This document shows, piece by piece, positions 25,613-32,000 of a DNA stretch of 32,000 bases. The notes beneath the pieces were generated by a model. It had not been told where the DNA came from. It did no database searches and saw only the letters and a program-made list of their open reading frames with translations. A program made the translations under genes and the position numbers. This stretch comes from Planctopirus limnophila DSM 3776. Its GTDB lineage: Bacteria > Planctomycetota > Planctomycetia > Planctomycetales > Planctomycetaceae. Each line of letters begins with the position of its first letter. Positions within the stretch are counted from its first letter, which is position 1. Where the stretch lies: positions 240,001 to 272,000 of the forward strand of contig NC_014148.1 of the NCBI RefSeq assembly GCF_000092105.1. The letters are read 5' to 3'.

Positions 25613-26746
25613 ATGAAGTCTTCCCGCCGTACACCTAAGATCCTGTTTGCAGGTGGTGGTACCGGCGGGCACCTGTTTCCCGGTCTGGCAACGGCTGCGG
25701 CCATCGAAGAGATCTGCCCGAAGGCGAAGTTTTTATTTGCCGGGACAGAGCGACCGCTGGAACGTGAGATTCTGGCGACGAGCCCTTACGAGCAGACAAC
25801 GTTACCAGCCGAGCCATTACGCAATCTGTGGCAATCGCCACTGCGGTTTCTCAGCCGAAGTTTTACAGCCTGGCGGGCAGCCCTGAAAATTGTCGATCAA
25901 TTCAAGCCCACCACGGTCGTGGGGTTGGGTGGTTATGCGAGTGTGCCGATGCTGCTGGCAGCCCGGCGCCGCAAGATTCCTTATATTCTGCTGGAACAGA
26001 ACACGATTCCAGGGCGTGCGACTCGCTGCATGGCGACAAAAGCCCATTGCATCTGCGTGACGTTCGATGAAACCAGAGCTTATCTGCCACGTTCGTGCAA
26101 AGTTCTTGTGACCGGCAATCCACTCCGCACCGAAATTTGCCAACTGGCCGAGACGGCGTATACACCCGAACGGAAGACACTGGTGATTCTCGGTGGTAGC
26201 CAGGGGGCAGATCGACTCAATGAAGCGGTCGCACTCATGCTCGAGCAGAATGGCAAAATGCTTGAGGGCTGGGATGTGATTCATCAATCGGGGCCGAGGC
26301 AGGAAGTTGCCCTGAAAGCCCGGTACGCTCGCAGGTCGTTGCCTTGTGAAGTGCACGCGTTTATCAAGGACATGCAGAGTGTTTATCGCCGAGCCGGGAT
26401 TGCGATTGCCCGCTCAGGAGCCACGACACTTTCAGAGCTGGCCTGTGCAGGGATTCCGTCAATTCTAGTGCCCTACCCTGAATCGTCGGATGGACATCAA
26501 TTGCGCAATGCCGAAAGTTTTGCCAAGCGGCAGGCCTCACTCGTTGTCGAGCAGGCGGCTGATGTTCTGGAAACATCAAAGCAGCTTGAAGCCGCTCTGA
26601 ACGCTCTGGTTACGGACTACCGTCATCGTGAAGCAATGTCGCGAGAAGCGAAGAGCTGGGCCCGGCTGGATGCCGCCCGGCGGATCGCTGCTGAAGTGCT
26701 GGAACTCGCTCAACTCGACAAAAATCATCTCAAGGAAGCGACGTAA
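25613..26746 (+). CDS. murG: UDP-N-acetylglucosamine--N-acetylmuramyl-(pentapeptide) pyrophosphoryl-undecaprenol GlcNAc transferase
   Basis: The MurG signature ILFAGGGTGGHLFPGLA is present, along with LVILGGSQGA, RSGATTLSELACAGIPSILVPYP and DGHQLRNA. A GAGGG RBS lies 7 nt upstream, and an in-frame TGA lies 12 nt upstream of the ATG. Confidence 0.92.
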   Translation: MKSSRRTPKILFAGGGTGGHLFPGLATAAAIEEICPKAKFLFAGTERPLEREILATSPYEQTTLPAEPLRNLWQSPLRFLSRSFTAWRAALKIVDQFKPTTVVGLGGYASVPMLLAARRRKIPYILLEQNTIPGRATRCMATKAHCICVTFDETRAYLPRSCKVLVTGNPLRTEICQLAETAYTPERKTLVILGGSQGADRLNEAVALMLEQNGKMLEGWDVIHQSGPRQEVALKARYARRSLPCEVHAFIKDMQSVYRRAGIAIARSGATTLSELACAGIPSILVPYPESSDGHQLRNAESFAKRQASLVVEQAADVLETSKQLEAALNALVTDYRHREAMSREAKSWARLDAARRIAAEVLELAQLDKNHLKEAT

Positions 26747-27804
26747 TGGATCAACGGGATTTGCCACTCCTGCTGGTGACAGGGACAACTGGACTGGTCG
26801 GTCGGCATGTGGTGTTGTGGGCCGCTAAAAATGGCTATCGCGTACGGGGACTGGTTCGTAAGCCGTCGTCGTGTGCCGGTTTCTTTCCGGAAGAGTTGAT
26901 GCCGGTGATTGAATTGGTGGAAGGAGATCTGGAGGACGGCGTCAGCCTGGAAAAGGCCGTTCAGAATGTCAACTTCATTGTCCATTGTGCGGCCAAAGTG
27001 GGCGACTGGGGCCCGACGGAAGAGTATCGCCAGGTGAATGTCGAAGGGACACGACTGCTGATCGAAGCGGCACGGAAACAGCCGGCGTTTGAGAAGTTCG
27101 TGCACATCAGCTCTTTGGGTGTCTTCCCGGCAAAAGATCATTACGGAACCGATGAGGATGTCCCGGTCAGCACTTCCGGGATCGACGGCTACACATTGAC
27201 CAAGCGGGAGTCTGAACAGCTCGTCAGCGATTACTCGCAGAAAGAAAAGTTTCCGGCAGTGATCCTGCGCCCTGGATTTATCTATGGCCCGGGCGATCGC
27301 TCAGTTCTGCCAAGGCTCATTGAGAGGCTTAAGACAAAGCAGTTCGCTTATCTGGGTTCGCCCGAAAAACTGATGAATAACACTTCGGTGCACAATCTGG
27401 TGCAGGCAGTCGCGACTGTGCTGAAACACACGACACCCGCGGGAAGAATCTATCATGTGACTGATGGTCGGCTCGTCACCAAGCGTGAGTTTGTCGAGAC
27501 CGTGGCCCGATGTGCGAAACTGCCTTTGCCGAAAAAGGTGGTTCCTTTGCCTGTTGCAAAAGTTCTGGCCAAAGTGCTGGAGCGTATCTGGAAGCTGCTT
27601 GGTAAGCAGGAAGCTCCGCTGCTCTCGAGCGCGCGAATCAAATTTCTGGGATTGAATCTCGACTTCAGCTCACATCGTCTTCAGATGGAACTTGGTTACC
27701 AGCCTGTGATCGATTTTCAACAGGCGATGCCAGCCGCCGTGGCTGATCTTTGTGGTGCACCTGCTGAAACTTTCGTGGAACCACCTCAGCGGAAGATTGC
27801 CTGA
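26746..27804 (+). CDS. NAD(P)-dependent epimerase/dehydratase (extended SDR)
   Basis: The Rossmann motif is LLVTGTTGLVGRHVV and the catalytic YxxxK is YTLTK. The start overlaps the murG stop (TAATG). Confidence 0.85.
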   Translation: MDQRDLPLLLVTGTTGLVGRHVVLWAAKNGYRVRGLVRKPSSCAGFFPEELMPVIELVEGDLEDGVSLEKAVQNVNFIVHCAAKVGDWGPTEEYRQVNVEGTRLLIEAARKQPAFEKFVHISSLGVFPAKDHYGTDEDVPVSTSGIDGYTLTKRESEQLVSDYSQKEKFPAVILRPGFIYGPGDRSVLPRLIERLKTKQFAYLGSPEKLMNNTSVHNLVQAVATVLKHTTPAGRIYHVTDGRLVTKREFVETVARCAKLPLPKKVVPLPVAKVLAKVLERIWKLLGKQEAPLLSSARIKFLGLNLDFSSHRLQMELGYQPVIDFQQAMPAAVADLCGAPAETFVEPPQRKIA

Positions 27805-28061
27805 TGAACGCTGTATTCGAATCAGACAAGCTCCGTCGAGCGGCGAAATGGTTCTGCTCGTGGGAAGGTTTTCTCGTCTGGGCGTTCATCCCTTACGCGC
27901 TGTCACTCGGCCCGTTTTTCTGGTCGTGGTATGGGGCAATTTTCGAGTTGCGATCCGCCTGGTGGCTGGGTGCTTATGTGCCACTGCAGGTGCAGATATG
28001 GCTCTGCCCGATCTATGGCGATCTGCTCGACTGGTATCTTCACTGGTGGATCACGAGTTGA
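27804..28061 (+). CDS. small Trp-rich membrane protein (85 aa)
   Basis: The start overlaps the SDR stop (TGATG). There are two hydrophobic segments (FLVWAFIPYALSLGPFFWSWYG and WWLGAYVPLQVQIWLCPIYG) and 11 Trp in 85 aa. I recognise no family. Confidence 0.6.
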   Translation: MNAVFESDKLRRAAKWFCSWEGFLVWAFIPYALSLGPFFWSWYGAIFELRSAWWLGAYVPLQVQIWLCPIYGDLLDWYLHWWITS

Positions 28062-28082
28062 TTGAACTTAGGGACGACCAGC

Positions 28083-28391
28083 TTACTTGTAGCCAAGATT
28101 GCGTTCGATATCGCGGGCTTCTTTGGACATGAGCAGATTCTTGAGAGGATCACGCTCATCTTCGAGGGCTTTGCTGCCTCGCCCCTGCTGGCCGACGAAG
28201 CCCCATTTGTCAGATTCGACGCCGTTCATCGCGTTTTCATCTTTCGCTTCCGGATCGTAGTAGAGTGCTCGCTTCATCTCGGTCATCGTGCAGCCCACAA
28301 GAGTCAACCCAAGCAATGTGCAGCCCAGGAGCAGGGCATGACCGGCCCGCCAGCCTGTGCGACTCCGTGATGATCCGTGAAGATTATTCAT
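28083..28391 (-). CDS. small lipoprotein (~102 aa)
   Basis: I prefer the ATG at 28391, giving MNNLHGSSRSRTGWRAGHALLLGCTLLGLTLVGC with the lipobox LVGC. The mature part is charged and hydrophilic. Confidence 0.6.
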   Translation of the reverse strand: MNNLHGSSRSRTGWRAGHALLLGCTLLGLTLVGCTMTEMKRALYYDPEAKDENAMNGVESDKWGFVGQQGRGSKALEDERDPLKNLLMSKEARDIERNLGYK

Positions 28392-28876
28392 GATTCGAAC
28401 CTGAAGTTTTGAGGACAGGCTGGTAGAGCAGTGCCGTCTATCGATAGACATCACAGACGAAGCACTGGCTCCTGTCTCTCAGTTGAAGATGAGGGAAAGA
28501 TGGCCAGAGTGGTGGAAAAATGAGTGATGGAAAATCAGGGGCAGGAGGAAGTAGCGGGAGTGAGCGGTATCGTTTCTAACCCGCAAACCGTCAAGAAATG
28601 TTTGTTCGGCTGAATCTGCCTGAAACGGGAATGCATGCAGGATGGGTGCTCAAGGGGCAAAGTCTGCCGGTCTGTGGCTGAGAAGTCAGAACAACTGGAT
28701 GCTTTCGCGTTCACTGCTGCGGGAAAGATGCAGCACCTCTTTCTGCAGAGACGATGCAATCTGTTGAATTCCGGAATTGCTGGTGAAAGAGGCCTGAATG
28801 TCTTTTGAGGTTTCCATCGAAACGGATCGAGGCGTTGATTTAAGCTGATTTCGCTGACGTCGATAAGTCCGAGTGC

Positions 28877-30574
28877 TTGTCCCAAGAAGGATCTTGTGTG
28901 ACACCGCAGATTCTCCCACACCGCTCAAATCGGAGCTATGCGGCAACAGAGCGCATTCAGACAATCCGTTTACAGTTCAACAGAAAATCCGCCGTCGAGC
29001 AGATCGTTTCCAAGCTGGGCTGTGGTCGTTTGATTTCTGGACGATTGATCGCCTCGGGATTAATTCTGTGTGTGGTCTTGATGAGTGGTTGTGCGAAGAA
29101 CCCGCGCGACAGTATCGCCAAACTCTGGGATCATGTTCCCAGTGCTCCCTGGACTGCCGGCAAATCGGCAGAACGGAAGATTGAACAAGAGCAGCCGACA
29201 GTTGCTGCGAACTCAGCGGCGACCCTTTCAGCACGCGACGCACAAGCTGCGGATGCTCCGGTCGAAGACCCCTTCGAAGTCGCCATCACTCCCGGTCAAT
29301 CCACGAAGTCGGTCGACAAGGTTGGTTCAGGTAGTGGTTTGCCGGAAGGCCAGCACTCTGCGATTCACCAGACAAGTATGACAACTGGTTCTGGCAGTAC
29401 GGATTCATCAACAACATCAGATTCAGAAGCTCCTGCCGTCGCCAAAACCACGGGAGCAAAACTCAAGGATGCTCTTCCTGATCCTCTTTCGGCGACTCCA
29501 GGAGATTGGACGAAGGCTTTTGAGCTCGCCAACGGGCTCGAAAAAGCCAAAGAGGCCACCTCACAGGAAGTTTCCCGTATCGGTCAACTCCGCGAGACTC
29601 TCGAAGAAGATGCTCAGGCGGTCACCAAACGATCCTTGTCAGAACTGAACGAGTTCCGCTTACGGATTGAATCGTTACTCAGTCATGCCCGACGTCAGAT
29701 TGAAGCCGGTGAGCTGAAGACAGCGCAGCGATTTGCCCGCCTGGCCAATGAACTCAGTGAAGGGGCTGGTCTGGAATATTCGCCGACAGAAGAGCGACCT
29801 CAAGATCTGCTGCATCGGATTGAAGATTTGATCGCACTCTCGAGGCCCGAAGCCGGCGAACTCAAACTCAATGACATGGCGACAGATCAAAAGACTGCCG
29901 AGTCGGCACCAGATGCGATCACCAGTTCAACACAACCATCAACAGGTGCAGCTCTCGAAAGCGAGAAGAGTGGTGACATTTCCGAGGAAATGGCCGCTGT
30001 GCCTCCTGCACTGCAGGGAAGTGTGAGTGCCAATCGTGCATTACGTGCAATACCAAAAGACAGTCCATCCGATTTCGTGGCAGAAGCGTCTATACCGAGC
30101 GACGCTGTCGTGACGGCTCATGTGGTGCAACATGATGTTCCGGAAGCGACATTGCAGCCGCTTTATCTTCCGGGAGTCGAGCAGCTTGGAACTGAAATTC
30201 GGACTCGGGGTGAACATGTTCAGTCTGTTGCCGCTTCGAAAACAGAAACTCTGCCCGAAGTACGGGGCCACGATGATAAGCAACCAGCGCGTTCAAAACT
30301 GAATGTCGATGCCATTGGTGAATTCGAGCAGTTGGTGGTGAAGTCCGACAGTGCCGAATTGGCATCGAGTCAGAGTCGAAGCAACCAACTGATGACCTGG
30401 GTTCCCTGGGTCTTGGGAATTCTCGTAGCGCTGGGCGCAGGGTGGGGTCTGGCACGCAGCACAGGCCGATCTGTCGAAGTGGTGGTTTCGAGCCATTCCG
30501 CCTCTGCCGGTCATATCTCATCAAGCGAAACTTCGGGATCTGCCTCCCGTGAGTCGGCTCCGAGCGAACGGTAA
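28877..30574 (+). CDS. hypothetical envelope protein, probable lipoprotein signal plus C-terminal TM anchor, low-complexity/coiled-coil middle
   Basis: It is a long ORF with consistent codon usage. The signal-like segment is ISGRLIASGLILCVVLMSGC, and a TTG at 29030 would give a canonical signal peptide. The C-terminal helix is VPWVLGILVALGAGWGLA. The true start is uncertain. Confidence 0.65.
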   Translation: MSQEGSCVTPQILPHRSNRSYAATERIQTIRLQFNRKSAVEQIVSKLGCGRLISGRLIASGLILCVVLMSGCAKNPRDSIAKLWDHVPSAPWTAGKSAERKIEQEQPTVAANSAATLSARDAQAADAPVEDPFEVAITPGQSTKSVDKVGSGSGLPEGQHSAIHQTSMTTGSGSTDSSTTSDSEAPAVAKTTGAKLKDALPDPLSATPGDWTKAFELANGLEKAKEATSQEVSRIGQLRETLEEDAQAVTKRSLSELNEFRLRIESLLSHARRQIEAGELKTAQRFARLANELSEGAGLEYSPTEERPQDLLHRIEDLIALSRPEAGELKLNDMATDQKTAESAPDAITSSTQPSTGAALESEKSGDISEEMAAVPPALQGSVSANRALRAIPKDSPSDFVAEASIPSDAVVTAHVVQHDVPEATLQPLYLPGVEQLGTEIRTRGEHVQSVAASKTETLPEVRGHDDKQPARSKLNVDAIGEFEQLVVKSDSAELASSQSRSNQLMTWVPWVLGILVALGAGWGLARSTGRSVEVVVSSHSASAGHISSSETSGSASRESAPSER

Positions 30575-30786
30575 TCATTACCGTGCCATCAGTTCGGTCA
30601 CAAAACCAATGATCGGCCGGCCATGAATCTGGCGAGGCCGACTGCGTCCTTTGGCCCGCTGGCGGAAATGTCATTCCTTTTTCAGAGACCAGCCTCTTTT
30701 CGTCAACGCCTCATCGGGAATTGTGGGCTAGGTTCCTTGTAACGAGACATCAGATTGTGGCTCGATGAATACAGGGAGTGAAAGAG

Positions 30787-31152
30787 ATGGCCACGGATCC
30801 GTGGGGTCGACCGACCTTGCACGATTTGAAAACAGTCATTGAGAGTTTCGAAAAACTCGATGGTGCGAACTCTCGCAACACTGAGCGGATCGAACTGGCA
30901 GTGCCAGCCGAGATTACCACCCGGCGTGGAAATCTCATTCCCGCCATGACTCGTGAAATCAGTCGTTATGGCGTGGGATTATTGCATAAGGGGTCACTCA
31001 ATCCCGGTGATGTCCGTCTCAAAATGGCCAGTGAAACACGCGAATACACCTATAGCGTGGCCATTGAATGGTGTACCCCCGTGGAAAACGGCATGTTCAT
31101 CAGTGGCGGTCGATTTCTCGGCAAGCCCGAAGTGAGCGACGTCGAAAACTGA
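30787..31152 (+). CDS. stand-alone PilZ-domain protein (c-di-GMP receptor candidate)
   Basis: RxxxR is present (RNTER), followed about 30 aa later by ExSxxG (EISRYG), matching the PilZ (D/N)xSxxG motif. GGGAG lies 10 nt upstream of the ATG at 30787. The track starts the ORF at the GTG at 30778. Confidence 0.7.
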   Translation: MATDPWGRPTLHDLKTVIESFEKLDGANSRNTERIELAVPAEITTRRGNLIPAMTREISRYGVGLLHKGSLNPGDVRLKMASETREYTYSVAIEWCTPVENGMFISGGRFLGKPEVSDVEN

Positions 31153-31231
31153 GATGGATGCCTCACGGGTTGATCAAAACACTGGCGACTTGATCAAACT
31201 CGGTCAACTTGATCTGGCATAAATGGGTTGC

Positions 31232-32000
31232 TCAGTTCGGAGGGACGACCAGCCTGTCTCGTGGCCCGACTTCGAGCCGATCATTCCGCATGCTCGCGGG
31301 GCGATGAGTTAAGTACCAATCGAGCCAGGCTTTCGTGGAGAGCTCCTGCCATTCTTCCCGGGGGCTGCGATAGCGAGTCCCGTTCGAACGCTCCGCCCTT
31401 CGGAGAGTATGCCGGGTGGGATCAATGGCCAGTCCTGCAATACCGGCAGGCTCGCTGGCAATGGTACAAAGTGCCCGGCTCGCTTCGAATGCCACATCCG
31501 AGTTCTCATCGGAGAGTCGCTCGATCAGGAGCGGGACAGGTTCCAGTTCCCCTGTTTTTCCCAGCGCCCAGCAGGCTGTTCGGCGAATCTCATCACGAGG
31601 GTCCTTGACGAGTCGCTGCAGCAGGTCAAGTTTTCCGACAAGATCGTCGCGATTGCCGAGTTGAAACTGCGCCACAATCGCGGCCTGAGCCTTGGCCACA
31701 TCCTGATCAGAAAGTGATTTGGAAAGGCTTTTCAGGGCTTGATCTGCCAGCTCGGCTGATGTTTTGGGATCTTTGGGTTTATCAACCAGTTGTGCGGCCA
31801 AATCGCGTCCACCAACCAGAATACCACCGCCGACACCGGGTGCAGCGCCTTCTCGTTTGAAGAGTGATTCGGTCGCCTTGCCCAGAAATAGCAGCGAGAG
31901 GCTGGTGGCTGGCGAAAGTCCGGAAGAATCACGCCAAGAGCCATCGGTCGCCTGATTCTGAATCAGCCAGCGGGCACCGGCGTCGTACCAGTCAACACCG
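31232..32000 (-). CDS. prenyltransferase/squalene-oxidase-like repeat protein with C-terminal HEAT repeats, 5' end outside window
   Basis: My own translation shows the frame stays open from 31801 to the window edge: GVDWYDAGARWLIQNQATDGSWRDSSG...GGRDLAAQLVDKPK. The track therefore clipped it at an internal TTG. The C-terminal HEAT-like repeats are DPRDEIRRTACWALGKTGELEPVPLLIERLSDENSDVAFEASRALCTIA. Confidence 0.7.
   Translation of the reverse strand, partial: GVDWYDAGARWLIQNQATDGSWRDSSGLSPATSLSLLFLGKATESLFKREGAAPGVGGGILVGGRDLAAQLVDKPKDPKTSAELADQALKSLSKSLSDQDVAKAQAAIVAQFQLGNRDDLVGKLDLLQRLVKDPRDEIRRTACWALGKTGELEPVPLLIERLSDENSDVAFEASRALCTIASEPAGIAGLAIDPTRHTLRRAERSNGTRYRSPREEWQELSTKAWLDWYLTHRPASMRNDRLEVGPRDRLVVPPN

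Noticed and set aside
25407-25616. Small + ORF ending in ATGA overlap with the murG start (a 57-aa version begins at an ATG preceded by AAGGAG)
   Set aside because: The overlap and RBS are tempting. However, the frame uses AGG, AGA and CTA codons that are scarce in neighbouring genes, and the peptide is Arg-rich without hydrophobic or structural character. murG also has its own GAGGG RBS. It is kept as a leader region with small hairpins, for example attcga-GAAA-tcgaat.
1-32000. Search for CRISPR arrays, long tandem repeats, IS elements, toxin-antitoxin pairs and known defence-system gene sets
   Set aside because: I saw no regularly spaced 25-40-bp repeats, no transposase or integrase-like ORFs, and no small adjacent gene pairs typical of TA modules. 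I also recognised no nuclease, helicase or methylase cassette other than a housekeeping-looking DinG.

Overview
This is a chromosomal, mostly housekeeping window of about 54% GC (estimated from hand counts on sampled lines). Gene content and protein styles fit a Planctomycetota-like genome, but that is inference only. I support 26 protein-coding genes, one tRNA-Lys(CTT), and a few promoter, terminator and repeat elements. Recognisable genes are dapF, a pcm-domain fusion, a DinG/XPD helicase, purU, an M14 carboxypeptidase, nadC, murJ, an nDsbD-like protein and a very large membrane-embedded sigma54 activator. Also present are maf, dus, a family-4 UDG, an LplT-like MFS transporter, a thioredoxin-like protein, murG, an SDR epimerase/dehydratase and a PilZ protein. 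Two real genes run off the window edges and are therefore missing from the ORF track: dapF at 1-675 (-) and a prenyltransferase-repeat/HEAT protein at 31232-32000 (-). Most other listed ORFs are antisense shadows of real genes. I saw no CRISPR array, rRNA, transposase, integrase or prophage genes. Three things deserve a second look. (1) The divergent intergenic region 19291-19809 lies next to the membrane-bound sigma54 enhancer-binding protein. It holds an array of GCGCCGA(T/A) sites including a perfect 12-bp palindrome, an AT-rich spacer and an exact GGCAC-N5-TTGC -24/-12 promoter. Downstream of the promoter is a structured ~180-nt stretch ending in a U-tract, a candidate sigma54-dependent small RNA or leader. 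(2) A ~1.4-kb AT-rich single-gene islet (about 2230-3670) encodes an orphan, oversized ParA-type ATPase with no partner genes. (3) Several unusual architectures stand out: an exported PCMT with an extra C-terminal domain, and a Trp-rich micro-membrane protein translationally coupled to murG and the SDR gene. I cannot demonstrate a complete novel multi-gene system from sequence alone. All functional links are labelled as inference.
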